IMG/VR virus record: IMGVR_UViG_2687453508_000006
Length of the DNA stretch: 64,000 nucleotides
Source of the DNA: a virus
Lineage: Duplodnaviria; Heunggongvirae; Uroviricota; Caudoviricetes
Reading direction: 5' to 3' (one strand)
The notes under the pieces are model-generated. The model had not been told where the DNA came from, did not search any database, and saw nothing but the letters and a program-made list of their open reading frames with translations. The position numbers were made by a program, and so were the translations under genes. Numbering within the stretch: the stretch's first letter is position 1; each line of letters begins with the position of its first letter. Positions 10,468-20,503 of this stretch are shown here, piece by piece.

Positions 10468-11147
10468 TCATGACTGTGCTGCAAGGCTCAGCGCGTCTTC
10501 CAGCGCCGCAAACGGATCCACCTCCGGCTTATCCTCATCCTCGCCCCAGCAGAGCATGGCGTCCTTCAGTGCAACATTCATCCCCTGTGCCCCGAAAACC
10601 GCTTTCACGATCTGTGCATTACGGATATCCCCGCGCTCATCACCCAGCGGGGATATCCTGTCGAACTCCATCCACATCATCGCCTCGCTCGCACTCAGGC
10701 TGTGGCGCAGTTCGGATAAGGTGCGCCCCAGACGGAGCGCAAGTCGCATCAGAAAGCGAATTTCCGGGCGGGCTACTTTTTTCTGGCCGACTCTGCATCA
10801 GCGATCAGTTCCAGTGCCTGACGCAGCAACCGGGCATGTACCGGACCATAGACGGCCAGCACCTGCTCACGGTCGTCCGGAGTGAACACCCGCTGCAGGT
10901 CCGTATCACACAGGACATCGCAGAACAGCGTCACATCCGCTTCCAGGTTACGGCGGGTTTTCGCCACCACCGACAGGGTATCGTCATCCTCTCCATCACC
11001 ATTGAGCACTTCCTGCCACAGATACCAGGCCTCTGCCGAAGGCTCCCGCAGCACCACGCTGACATTACCCCATTCCGGCACCTTCACCGTTTTATGACGA
11101 AACCCTGACAGTCTGGCCAGCGCCAGCGTTTTCAGATCCTTTTTCAT
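10468..11147 (-). CDS. tail assembly chaperone G-T fusion made by programmed -1 ribosomal frameshift
   Basis: Heptamer A AAA AAG (minus strand, plus 10777-10783) at end of G; -1 frame reads KKVARPEIRFLMRLALR... into the T ORF 10468-10749. Confidence 0.6.
10773..11147 (-). CDS. G: tail assembly chaperone G
   Basis: Start MKKDLKTLALARLSGF at 11147; ends ...ESARKK with slippery A_AAA_AAG immediately before the stop. Confidence 0.75.
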   Translation of the reverse strand: MKKDLKTLALARLSGFRHKTVKVPEWGNVSVVLREPSAEAWYLWQEVLNGDGEDDDTLSVVAKTRRNLEADVTLFCDVLCDTDLQRVFTPDDREQVLAVYGPVHARLLRQALELIADAESARKK

Positions 11148-11161
11148 GATGACCCATCCCC

Positions 11162-11878
11162 TTATCCGGCGGCTGCGCTCACTGTCACGGTGCATTCAAC
11201 AGACGTCACACTCTGTGCTTTCTCTGCCGAATCGGTCACCACACAGGTATATTTCCCCGCATCAGCGGACTGCGCACCTGGCTTACTGAAGGTGTCTGTC
11301 GTCTGCCCGTCAACCGGCTGACCATCCTTCTTCCAGGCGTATTTATACGGCGGCGTTCCCCCGTTGGCACTGACTGACATTGTCAGCAGCGCACCGGTAT
11401 TCACGGTAAGTGTCTTATCCAGATTTTTCACAAACGCCAGCGGTACCACAAAGGACACCGGTTTGCCTTTCAGACGCAGTGAGAACGTTGCAGCCACCAC
11501 GCCGTTGGTACCGGATGACCAGGTGTGCTGGCGCACTTCCGCCAGGAACTTAAAGCCCTTACCGGACGGAAACAGCACCTTAAACGCATACAACGCGTCA
11601 TTGTCATAGGCATCACGCAGGGCGTTCTGGGCCTGATTCAGATAAAAATTGCCCGACATGGAAATCTCAGACGACGCCCCCAGACCATTGATGTTCTCCT
11701 GCTCTGTGGAGCAGAGCGTGGTCACATCAATATCCTGTTTCTGACCGGCGGTGAACTGGACTTCCTTGATGGTGCAGTCCAGGCGCAGATATTCCGCCTT
11801 ATCCATAGTTTCAGCAGTCGCCGGGGCAGATGAAATCATCACCTGCGTCAGCTGTGAGCGTTCATACAAAGCAGACAT
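11162..11878 (-). CDS. V: major tail protein V with C-terminal Ig-like domain
   Basis: Start MSALYERSQLTQ at 11878 with AGGAGG RBS; C-terminal Big_2-like segment ...GKYTCVVTDSAEKAQSVTSVECTVTV. Confidence 0.8.
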   Translation of the reverse strand: MSALYERSQLTQVMISSAPATAETMDKAEYLRLDCTIKEVQFTAGQKQDIDVTTLCSTEQENINGLGASSEISMSGNFYLNQAQNALRDAYDNDALYAFKVLFPSGKGFKFLAEVRQHTWSSGTNGVVAATFSLRLKGKPVSFVVPLAFVKNLDKTLTVNTGALLTMSVSANGGTPPYKYAWKKDGQPVDGQTTDTFSKPGAQSADAGKYTCVVTDSAEKAQSVTSVECTVTVSAAAG

Positions 11879-11946
11879 TCTGCCTCCTGATAATAAAAAA
11901 ACCCGCACGCGGCGGGGTATGGGTTTTGTAGAAAAAAAAGAAAAAG

Positions 11947-12291
11947 TCACACCGTGACCTGAAACTCCAGGGTTGCACGGTAACAGCGGTTTTCCGGAAT
12001 ATAGTCCTGCATTTCACTGACGGATCCCGGGGCCAGCAGCATTATGGCTTCACGGGCGTCCTGACGTATCTGACGCGCCTGCGTCACAGTCCCGGCATAA
12101 ACGTCTATCTGCACCGACACTGAGGACTCCGCCTGCCCGCCCATCACGTCCGCAGACACCGATGAAATCAGGCTGAAAACCACCCACGGAAGCGCCACCG
12201 ACGGCCTGCCATCCAGCAGGGGGACCACATACGGGTACACCTGCCCGCCGGCAAGATGCGCCAGATAAGGATACAAATCCGCCTCCGTCAT
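11947..12291 (-). CDS. putative tail terminator/completion protein (lambda U functional analogue)
   Basis: 114 aa, position between gp10-like protein and V. Confidence 0.45.
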   Translation of the reverse strand: MTEADLYPYLAHLAGGQVYPYVVPLLDGRPSVALPWVVFSLISSVSADVMGGQAESSVSVQIDVYAGTVTQARQIRQDAREAIMLLAPGSVSEMQDYIPENRCYRATLEFQVTV

Positions 12292-12734
12292 CGTCTCAGT
12301 ACCTCATCAATGGCCCGGTTCATCCGCGCAATCGCCACCTGAGCTGCCTGTTCACTGCGCACATCAAACGCCGGGCGCACAAACGGGTGCGGTGGCATAT
12401 TCACGGTCCCCATTTCCACAAACCGCCAGTAGAAAGCATTGCGCGGGTTATCCGCCTTCATGGTGTTATCGCTGTTACCGGTGTCCGGATTAACACCACG
12501 GATATGGACACCGGATTCCATCCCGCCATCGCGGGAGCGCCGGGAAAGGACCACCACATTGCGGCGCAGTTTTCCCCTGCGTACCGGTGCCCGTGACACC
12601 ACTTCTTCTTTCAGCACATTCGCACCCGCACGGGTTGCCTCACGCAGCACCCGGTTATTTTCCGCACCACTCAGAAGCTGCAAATCGCGGCTGATGTCCT
12701 CCAGCCCCGAAAAATCCAGCAGGGTTTCGATCAT
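12288..12734 (-). CDS. HK97 gp10-family tail-component protein
   Basis: 148 aa, MIETLLDFSGLEDISRDLQLL...; position in connector module. Confidence 0.65.
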   Translation of the reverse strand: MIETLLDFSGLEDISRDLQLLSGAENNRVLREATRAGANVLKEEVVSRAPVRRGKLRRNVVVLSRRSRDGGMESGVHIRGVNPDTGNSDNTMKADNPRNAFYWRFVEMGTVNMPPHPFVRPAFDVRSEQAAQVAIARMNRAIDEVLRR

Positions 12735-13081
12735 TTTTCCCCTCCCAGCCGACAGAGAATTTCCAGACGCCCGCCGGTCACATCCGGCACGGGCAGCCCG
12801 ACAACGTTCAGGATCCGGTCACGCCATGGACCACTCAGCACATGAAGTCGTGACGCTGCCGTGATTTCCCGGCCGGACTGACCGCGCACCCAGATGCGGA
12901 TTTCCGCCTGCGCCATTTCCGCACCGGACTGCATCCGCTCCCGGCTGCTCCTGCCACGGATATCCGCATGAATTTTCCCGCATGACACCCATTCTTCCGT
13001 CATTTCTCCGGCAGCATTACGGGTTAACACCGGGTTCAGAACACTTATCATCTGTGTCAGACGACCTGCAGATATTGCCAT
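12731..13081 (-). CDS. phage head-tail adaptor (head closure) protein
   Basis: 116 aa; connector-module position; overlapping start/stop with neighbours. Confidence 0.6.
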   Translation of the reverse strand: MAISAGRLTQMISVLNPVLTRNAAGEMTEEWVSCGKIHADIRGRSSRERMQSGAEMAQAEIRIWVRGQSGREITAASRLHVLSGPWRDRILNVVGLPVPDVTGGRLEILCRLGGEK

Positions 13082-13090
13082 TCCCCCTCC

Positions 13091-13417
13091 TCATAACACC
13101 GTCGGACAACGCAAATCGTAAATCAGCACGGACACAGAAAACGGCAGTTCCCCCTGCACGAGGTCTTCCCGCTCAGCAAGATCCGGATTCCGGTACAGCA
13201 TCCCGGTCAGTCGCATGGCAGCCCCCTTCATCCGGGTTAATGCCTCGCCCGGGATCAGCTCACCGTCCTCACGAATCACCTTATCCCGGCTGCCCTGAAT
13301 GTAGGCCAGCAGCACGGCGGTAGCCTGACGAACCTTGTCCATCAGCATGTCATCATCCGCGTCATGGTCGACACGCAGATGTGCCTTGATCTCTTCCAGT
13401 GTCAGTAATGCCGTCAT
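13091..13417 (-). CDS. gp6-like head-tail connector protein
   Basis: 108 aa, MTALLTLEEIKAHLRVDHDADDDMLMDKVRQATAV... Confidence 0.6.
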   Translation of the reverse strand: MTALLTLEEIKAHLRVDHDADDDMLMDKVRQATAVLLAYIQGSRDKVIREDGELIPGEALTRMKGAAMRLTGMLYRNPDLAEREDLVQGELPFSVSVLIYDLRCPTVL

Positions 13418-14637
13418 TTTCCGCCTCCTGCATCCCGTCCACGTTTGGCAGCCAGGGTCCAGCCTGATGAATGAGCTTCTCCGGGTTTATCACCGGTCAT
13501 ACTGTTGCAGTGCCACAGCGAGCCCCCCCACGTCACCGTATCACCGGGGTGGTAGGTTTCACCGGCTCTGAACACACCGCGGTAGAGCATCACCGGCAGG
13601 GAAAATGTTTTTTCCGTACGCTGGCCACTGCTCTGCCGGACCACCACAGTGAACGACCGTTCGCCGGTCATGCTGACGTCAATATCGGCCACCCCGTCAA
13701 CCAGGCATTCCCATCCCCGCATCCCGTGCGTTTTTTCATACGCCCGCCAGAGTCCGCCCTGGTGTGTGGCATACGTGCCCCGGGGAAAGGATTTTTGATC
13801 GTCAATGGCGGGGATTATTTCCAGTGCCGTGGCATCACGCCCGTCCTGCGGAGCCGGCAGGGCTCTCACCGCATCCAGAACAGCCTTCTGCAGAACATCG
13901 GGATCATAGTCACGACCATCACGCGGAACAGGAATATGGCTTACCGCCTCTTTCACCATCTGTTCAAGCATCGGACGCACATCATCGGGGGTAATACTTT
14001 TGCCGTCCGCCGGTACCGGAATATTCGCAACCGCATCATTCACCGCCTGCTTCAGTACTTCCGGATCATAATCACGACCGTCACGCGGAGCAGGGATATG
14101 GCTTACAGCCTCTTTCACCATCTGCTCAAGCATCGGACGCACATCATCGGGGGTGATACTTTTGCCGTCCGCCGGTACCGGAATATTCGCAACCGCATCA
14201 TTCACCGCCTGCTTCAGTACTTCCGGATCATAATCACGACCGTCACGCGGAGCAGGGATATGGCTTACAGCCTCTTTCACCATCTGCTCAAGCATCGGAC
14301 GCACATCATCGGGGGTGATACTTTTGCCGTCCGCCGGTACCGGAATATTCGCAACCGCATCATTCACCGCCTGCTGCAGTACATCCGGATCATAATCACG
14401 ACCATCACGCGGTACCGGAATGGTCCCCACAGCGTCATCCACCATCGCCTGCAGAACCGGATGTACCTCATCCACCGTCACATGCTTCTGTAATACCGCC
14501 GACAGGGAAGCCAGTTTCTCTTCAAACGCTTGTGCCTGCGCGGCCATCTTCCCCTCAAATGTGCGCTGTAAATCCGCCAGCACCGTGGAGAATTCTTCGC
14601 CCAGTGCACGAATAATGGACAGTTCCCGTTCCGTCAT
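13414..14637 (-). CDS. head-module protein with three tandem 54-aa repeats (function unknown)
   Basis: 407 aa; repeat unit ...PRDGRDYDPEVLKQAVNDAVANIPVPADGKSITPDDVRPMLEQMVKEAVSHI... x3 plus a partial fourth. Confidence 0.6.
   Translation of the reverse strand: MTERELSIIRALGEEFSTVLADLQRTFEGKMAAQAQAFEEKLASLSAVLQKHVTVDEVHPVLQAMVDDAVGTIPVPRDGRDYDPDVLQQAVNDAVANIPVPADGKSITPDDVRPMLEQMVKEAVSHIPAPRDGRDYDPEVLKQAVNDAVANIPVPADGKSITPDDVRPMLEQMVKEAVSHIPAPRDGRDYDPEVLKQAVNDAVANIPVPADGKSITPDDVRPMLEQMVKEAVSHIPVPRDGRDYDPDVLQKAVLDAVRALPAPQDGRDATALEIIPAIDDQKSFPRGTYATHQGGLWRAYEKTHGMRGWECLVDGVADIDVSMTGERSFTVVVRQSSGQRTEKTFSLPVMLYRGVFRAGETYHPGDTVTWGGSLWHCNSMTGDKPGEAHSSGWTLAAKRGRDAGGGK
13936..14421. repeat. intragenic in-frame tandem repeat, 3 x 162 bp
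   Basis: Exact 162-bp periodicity (e.g. ccggatcata at 14061 and 14223). Confidence 0.7.
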
Positions 14638-15998
14638 TTTCTCAGTATCCCCCTGAACATCGCTTTCACTGCATCATGCTCTGTTTCACTGATTGCCTTA
14701 TTACCGTCAGATGCGCCGTCAGGCAGTTGTGCTGAAACTGTTTTCCCGGCAGACGCGAACGGATCCTCACGGGCATCACGACGGGACAGCGCCTCCAGAC
14801 TGTAGTTCTGCTGCTGAAGATACAGTGCATCACCGCCGGCCAGGGGCGGCAGGTTCTCCCGTTTACGGGCCTCATTGGGCGTGAGAAGCGTATTTTTCAC
14901 CGCATCCCCCAGCGTTTTCATGCGCCGCTCACTGTCCATTCTCAGCAGCGTGGTGACATCAAATTCTGTACTCTCGTTTTCCCCCGTTTCCAGCGCCTCA
15001 TCCAGTAACAGTTCAATGGACTCAATCAGCGTCTGCAGACACTGGGAATAATACTGCTGCTCCAGCGCCTCCACGTTGTCACTGGAAGGCGGGTGGCCAA
15101 CGCCAATCTTGTAGGCCGGGACACGGAACACCGAACAGACAATTTCAGCCGTCATTTTCAGTTGTTCCACCGTCTGCGCATCCACCGGTGAAAACGTCGT
15201 GGGGCTGTATTTTGCCCCGTTGCTCAGTATGGCCGTCTTCCCGGCATTTTCGCCCGTATATCCGCTGTCCCAGTTCCCCTTCAGTTTTTTCGCGTTTTCT
15301 TCCGTAATACTGCCGGGGACCTCAATCACGCCTGATGGTCGCCCGCCATTTCTGAAAAAATACGTCGAATTTGCCTGAATATGATGCCCCTGCATGGCGG
15401 CCAGTCCTGCGGCATACACCGGCGGCAGCCCCACAAGCGGATGAAAAAAACAGTTAAAACGGTCGTGGATCACCTCCCGGGCAGGCACCGTCACCGACTC
15501 TGTGATCCCACAGTTCCGGTCCGGCGTGATGCGGTAGAACACCTCGCCGTCATCCGCCACCAGAGGTTCAACCCGGTTCCAGTCCAGAATACGCAGTTCT
15601 TTGATCTGCCCCCGGGGGGTGCGGATTTTCAGCACCACCGTATTGCCGTGACGCAATTTGGAATTCAGCCACAGTTCAAAAAACTGGATGCGATTCTGCT
15701 GCGCATTAGGACGACGACAGAGACGGGCAGTATCTCCCTGCCGCTTTTCCCGGCGTATTCCCTGTACATCAGTCTGCATCAGGCGAAGCCGCATTTTGGC
15801 AATATCCTGGGATATCAGCGAAATGCATGAAAACACCGCGTGAAAGGACAAAACGGTTTCCGGATCGGCTTTCACCCCCTGCTGCCAGGCACCGGCAAAA
15901 GGCTCAGCCACCGCCTGAAACAGGGACCGCCAGCCCACTTCTCTTACGTCACGTCCTGATTTCTGGTTTTTTCGGGTTCGCCGCAAAAGGTTCCACAT
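14634..15998 (-). CDS. portal protein (HK97 family)
   Basis: 454 aa, portal-like central region ...FRNGGRPSGVIEVPG...EIVCSVFRVPAYKIG... Confidence 0.7.
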   Translation of the reverse strand: MWNLLRRTRKNQKSGRDVREVGWRSLFQAVAEPFAGAWQQGVKADPETVLSFHAVFSCISLISQDIAKMRLRLMQTDVQGIRREKRQGDTARLCRRPNAQQNRIQFFELWLNSKLRHGNTVVLKIRTPRGQIKELRILDWNRVEPLVADDGEVFYRITPDRNCGITESVTVPAREVIHDRFNCFFHPLVGLPPVYAAGLAAMQGHHIQANSTYFFRNGGRPSGVIEVPGSITEENAKKLKGNWDSGYTGENAGKTAILSNGAKYSPTTFSPVDAQTVEQLKMTAEIVCSVFRVPAYKIGVGHPPSSDNVEALEQQYYSQCLQTLIESIELLLDEALETGENESTEFDVTTLLRMDSERRMKTLGDAVKNTLLTPNEARKRENLPPLAGGDALYLQQQNYSLEALSRRDAREDPFASAGKTVSAQLPDGASDGNKAISETEHDAVKAMFRGILRK

Positions 15999-16209
15999 TC
16001 GCCATGCTCCGCATCACGTTTCTTTTTCTGACCTGCCGGACGTCGCGCTGTGATGTACTCCGCCTTCCCCAGGCGAACCAGCACCTCCGCACACGGCTGT
16101 GCCACATCACGGATATCCCCGGCCCGGGCATCATGCGTGCCCTGCAGATATCGGATCTTTGCCATAACCTGTTACGGGAGGCGCACGCCTCCCGTCCTCC
16201 TTATCAGAC

Positions 16210-18147
16210 TCAGCCGCCGGACGCACTGCCGTAGTTCACTCCGGTGATCACCGCCACCGCCGCAGTACGGCGACGACGCCAGTTGATCCAGCGCTCCGCA
16301 CGGATGGCCACGCTGCCTGTCTGGAACATGGAAACCAGCTCCACCGGGGACGGCGTGGTACTGTCGCCGCCCGGCTCAGACTGCATTTCCAGTGATGCCT
16401 CGCGGGACATATCCACTGCCACGCCGCCGTCATCCGCCAGATAAATATCCGGGGCATTCACCAGCACCAGCTGGTCACCCACGTACTGGGAGACAATCAC
16501 CGGCAGCCCCTGGAAGGAGCCACCCAGCAGGGTCATGTCCGGGTATTCCTTCTGACCCAGCGCATTTTTACGCATGGACAGTGCCAGGGCATTGGTGCTG
16601 GACATCAGCCAGACCGCACCGGTGGGCTGCAGGTTTGCTGCCACAAACTGTCCAAACGCAGCCTCGGCATCCGCATCCGGGTTACCGGTTGATGCCGTGC
16701 CCTTCACATCATGGGTGATGGACGCCGGGGAGACATCTGCCACTGCGGCTTTTTTCGGGTCCACAAAGTCTGTATCCAGACGCGCCACCACCGCTTCCGC
16801 CAGCGCATTACGGACCAGTGCATCAGCAGCCGGACTGGAAAAACGGATCAATTCTTCCGTCAGTACCGCAATGGCCGACACCTTCGCATGACTGAAGGTG
16901 ATGGATTCAAAATCAAACTTCGTCAGGGGTTTTGCCTTACCCTCACCCACCCAGCCGGCAGCACCGCCGGACACCTGGGCGTGCACACGGATATTGAATG
17001 GCACCTGACGAAGTGCAGGGATCCCGCCCTGACCAAATCGCCCGATAATGGTCTGCGGACGCAGGTAATCAATAAAGTCCTGTGCGTATTCCTGATATTC
17101 AGACAGGCTGCCTGCCCACTGCGGATCCGTGGTGGTCCCCGCGCCCACTGCCGATTTCAGGACATGATGCAGACGACTGTCATCCGGATACTGACGACGG
17201 GCCACTTCCAGGGCTTCAGATCGGACGCCTTTAGCCGCAGCCAGCGATTTGGCAAAGCGGGCGAAGCCAATCCCCTTATCCAGTTTCTGCTCCACACGGA
17301 TCACCGGCGCAGAAGCCACCGCGGCCACATTCCCGTTACCGGCCTGTTTCACCGGCTGCGCCGTGGCGGCCTTACCGGCTTCCAGTTCACGCAGGCGCTT
17401 CAGGTGCGCATCCACCTGACGGATTTCCGCTGCGGTGTTGTCGTAATGCTCTTCCTCCTCCACATCCAGCGTGCGCCCTTCCTCTGCGGCTTTGGTCATG
17501 ACCTCCTCAAGGGAGGCTGCCAGCGCTGCACGCTTGTTTTCAAAACTTTTAATCTGTTCGCCAATATTCATTATGGTCTTTTCCTTATGAAAAACGGTTG
17601 TTGACTGTGCCGCAGCGCCGGCAGAAGATGCGATTTTCACCACCGGTTTCCGGTTGCCGGACGCGGCAGAAAACGGGCGGTCGTAAGATTTAATGGTCCG
17701 GATGGTGCATTCCGCATTCGCGGGCACGGTGACGGCAGACACCTCCATCAGTTCCCAGCGCAGAAAATGCAGTCCGCCTCCGTCCAGAAAGGTGTATTCA
17801 TGGGGACGGAAGCCCACGGACAGCCCCCTGACCAGCCCGGTCTTAATGGCCGCCCAGACCTCATCCAGCCGGGCAGCCAGTTGCGACGGCATATCCGGTA
17901 CGGGCTTCACCAGTGTTGCCGTGATTTCCAGCCCTTCGCTGACCCGGCGCACCGTACACTGCCCCACCGGGCGGGAATGGTCATGCTGCCAGAGAAACGG
18001 GATCGCACTGCCAAACTCCGCGCCCTCCGGCTCCAGGATGTCACCATCCCGATCCGGAGAAGGCGTTGACGCAATCCCGGTGATCACCCGTTCATCCTCA
18101 CTGAAGGATTTCACCGTCAGCAGGGAACAGGCCCGTTTAAGAGTCAC
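16210..18147 (-). CDS. prohead protease - major capsid protein fusion (HK97-type)
   Basis: 645 aa; N-terminal HK97 prohead-protease-like region (…FLWQHDHSRPVGQ…), C-terminal HK97-fold capsid-like region. Confidence 0.75.
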   Translation of the reverse strand: MTLKRACSLLTVKSFSEDERVITGIASTPSPDRDGDILEPEGAEFGSAIPFLWQHDHSRPVGQCTVRRVSEGLEITATLVKPVPDMPSQLAARLDEVWAAIKTGLVRGLSVGFRPHEYTFLDGGGLHFLRWELMEVSAVTVPANAECTIRTIKSYDRPFSAASGNRKPVVKIASSAGAAAQSTTVFHKEKTIMNIGEQIKSFENKRAALAASLEEVMTKAAEEGRTLDVEEEEHYDNTAAEIRQVDAHLKRLRELEAGKAATAQPVKQAGNGNVAAVASAPVIRVEQKLDKGIGFARFAKSLAAAKGVRSEALEVARRQYPDDSRLHHVLKSAVGAGTTTDPQWAGSLSEYQEYAQDFIDYLRPQTIIGRFGQGGIPALRQVPFNIRVHAQVSGGAAGWVGEGKAKPLTKFDFESITFSHAKVSAIAVLTEELIRFSSPAADALVRNALAEAVVARLDTDFVDPKKAAVADVSPASITHDVKGTASTGNPDADAEAAFGQFVAANLQPTGAVWLMSSTNALALSMRKNALGQKEYPDMTLLGGSFQGLPVIVSQYVGDQLVLVNAPDIYLADDGGVAVDMSREASLEMQSEPGGDSTTPSPVELVSMFQTGSVAIRAERWINWRRRRTAAVAVITGVNYGSASGG

Positions 18148-18210
18148 ATCAGCCTCCTGAAAATAAAAAAACCGCCGCAGCGGTTCATGATGGTTACAGT
18201 GTGAACAGGG

Positions 18211-19872
18211 TTATATGAAAAAAACCGCATATTCTTTCTTTTTCGGTTCCGGGTTAAGGGACATCAGGGAGACCGCATTGAACAGCGCCATCAGCGGGTC
18301 AATTTTTCCCCGTCCACTGGCCTGTTTGGTGATAAGAATGGCGTTACCTTTAGGCTCCACCCGGGCATTGCCGACACACCAGGCCATCAGGGGCTGGTCA
18401 CCATGCACCAGCACCCCTTCAGCCAGTTTGCGCTCGGTGGTTTTAATGGCCCCGCCCAGTTTCCAGCCCTGGCTTATCCCCACCACAATTCCGTCGGGGA
18501 TCCCGGCTTCCGCCAGTGAATCCAGAATCTGCCCCACCCCTGACGGGTCAATACCGATATGGTCCAGTAACTCAGCCTCATGAATGCGACGCACATATTC
18601 CGCCACTTCCGCCGTGTCATCCCCGACACGCCGGACAATGGTCATATCTCCACAGGCAACAAGATCCTGAAACCGGGACGCCTCGCTCTTCCGTCGGACC
18701 ACCGCGGTTTCATGCGCCCAGGCATGGCCCCAGCCCAGCCATTCGCGGGTTTCCCTGTCACGGCCAATCACGTACATTCCCAGCAGATCATCCAGGCCCC
18801 CGCCGTCAATCCCCACCGTCACCACATCAGCGCGCTGCAGGATATCGTCCAGGCTGACGCGCCTGCCCTGCTGCTCCCAGAAATCCGCACCCGCCCAGCG
18901 GTCAGAACGCAGGGCAAGACCAATTTCCACATTGGCATGTTTTGACATGAAGCCACGAAATGCTTCCTCACCAGCCTCCCGGGCTTTACGGTACTCCCGG
19001 TACAGAAAAGCCTCATCCACCGAATAACCGAGATTCGGGTTAACCATGGCGAGGTTTTCCATCAGCAGGTGAGCCCCGCTTTCCACCATTTCAGGAGGAT
19101 GCTCAAAAATCACCGGCAGAAAGTGCGGATCATGAATTTTGCCGTCACGGACATCCCGGGCGTACTGCAGTTTCTGTCTGAACACCCCGGCTGGCGGCTC
19201 ATTCGACTGGGTGGTCGTATACACCACAAACCCTTCCGGGCGGGAGGCAAGGCCGCCTATGGCTTCACGTAACATGTCCTCCGCTTTGTACTGCTTGCCA
19301 AATAACCACAGTTCATCAATCAGCGTCCCCACGGACTTGATACCGGATACCGTATTCGGATCGGCAGCCACCACCTTCAGGGTGGTGTCCGTCACCCTGT
19401 GGGTGATGGTCCGGATATGTGTCTGCACCTGACAGAGGTCATCCAGATCATCGTCCCGTCGTACCATATCCCTGGCAGGGTTGAAGGCGTTAGCCGCCAC
19501 CTCCACGGTCGGGGCCAGAATGGTGTAGCCCGCCGCCTGCCGCCAGTTCAGTAACAGCGCCGTCATCATGATCCCGGCAGCCAGCGTGGACTTGCTGTTT
19601 TTCTTGGGGATAAGGATAAAAACTTCCTTGATATGGCGTACACCGGTCTGCGCATCGTAGGAGCCAAACAGGGCCGCCACCAGGTCAAACACCCACTGTG
19701 CGCAGGACTCCCCGAACGTCGGGCTGCCCGGTGCATCCACAATCCGCAGTTGTTTAAAAATCGCCAGGGCATGTGCGGCCTGCTCCGGATAAATCGGAGC
19801 CGGAATAATCGACAGCCCCTTTTTCAGGCGCTCTGCCCAGTCCGGGCAGGCCGTGCTCCACACAGGTATCAT
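18211..19872 (-). CDS. terminase large subunit
   Basis: 553 aa, Walker-A-like ILIPKKNSKS, terminase ATPase/nuclease architecture; overlaps TerS stop. Confidence 0.85.
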   Translation of the reverse strand: MIPVWSTACPDWAERLKKGLSIIPAPIYPEQAAHALAIFKQLRIVDAPGSPTFGESCAQWVFDLVAALFGSYDAQTGVRHIKEVFILIPKKNSKSTLAAGIMMTALLLNWRQAAGYTILAPTVEVAANAFNPARDMVRRDDDLDDLCQVQTHIRTITHRVTDTTLKVVAADPNTVSGIKSVGTLIDELWLFGKQYKAEDMLREAIGGLASRPEGFVVYTTTQSNEPPAGVFRQKLQYARDVRDGKIHDPHFLPVIFEHPPEMVESGAHLLMENLAMVNPNLGYSVDEAFLYREYRKAREAGEEAFRGFMSKHANVEIGLALRSDRWAGADFWEQQGRRVSLDDILQRADVVTVGIDGGGLDDLLGMYVIGRDRETREWLGWGHAWAHETAVVRRKSEASRFQDLVACGDMTIVRRVGDDTAEVAEYVRRIHEAELLDHIGIDPSGVGQILDSLAEAGIPDGIVVGISQGWKLGGAIKTTERKLAEGVLVHGDQPLMAWCVGNARVEPKGNAILITKQASGRGKIDPLMALFNAVSLMSLNPEPKKKEYAVFFI

Positions 19873-20432
19873 CCGTTGCCCTCATTATCATTATTCACCA
19901 CCAGGCGGGGTGGTGGTGGCACCGCAAAACGGTTAGCCGCTTTTTTCGCCGCGTCACCTTTTGCCGATTTTTTACCGGCATCCCCTTTTTTGTGGTGCGT
20001 GAACTGCGCCAGCTTATAAGCCGCATCCAGCGCCAGCCTGGGGTCGGTATTAATGTTCTCCACCAGAAGACGCCCCATCGCTTTCACCGGATCGGGAAGA
20101 CCGTCCTCCATATACTCAATACCAGGAGATATCACCACGGGCGGTGGCATCTCCGGATTTGTTTCGTCCGGCTGTGGTATTGCAGCCGCCTCACGGCGAC
20201 GGGGTTTATCCTCCGGCTCTGATTTTTTCTGCCGATAAACAGGAACCTCATCCACCTCCACCGTCTCGCACTGTTTACGGGCTATAAACGCAAGCACCTC
20301 CGGATCTTTTGCCAGCTGCGAGCCTTTAACCCTGGCTGTCTTCGCCGAATAACCGGCGGCAAGGGCTGACGCTGTTTTGTTTTTCCCGGACATGAGCGCC
20401 AGCGCAAATTTTCGTTTTTGCGTTGTCAGCAC
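19869..20432 (-). CDS. terminase small subunit
   Basis: 187 aa, N-terminal HTH-like MLTTQKRKFALALMSGKNKTASALAAGYS, basic/Pro-rich C-terminus. Confidence 0.7.
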   Translation of the reverse strand: MLTTQKRKFALALMSGKNKTASALAAGYSAKTARVKGSQLAKDPEVLAFIARKQCETVEVDEVPVYRQKKSEPEDKPRRREAAAIPQPDETNPEMPPPVVISPGIEYMEDGLPDPVKAMGRLLVENINTDPRLALDAAYKLAQFTHHKKGDAGKKSAKGDAAKKAANRFAVPPPPRLVVNNDNEGNG

Positions 20433-20503
20433 AGCCTCCTCCCGGGTCCAGAACGCACTCAGCCGGGTATGGTTCAGCCCATTTTTCCCGGCGTCTCATG
20501 CCG

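Noticed and set aside
13471-14493. 340-aa plus-strand ORF antisense to the repeat-containing head gene (and twin at 30616-31638)
   Set aside because: Created by the in-frame 162-bp tandem repeats read on the opposite strand; no start context, His/Arg-rich low-complexity translation.
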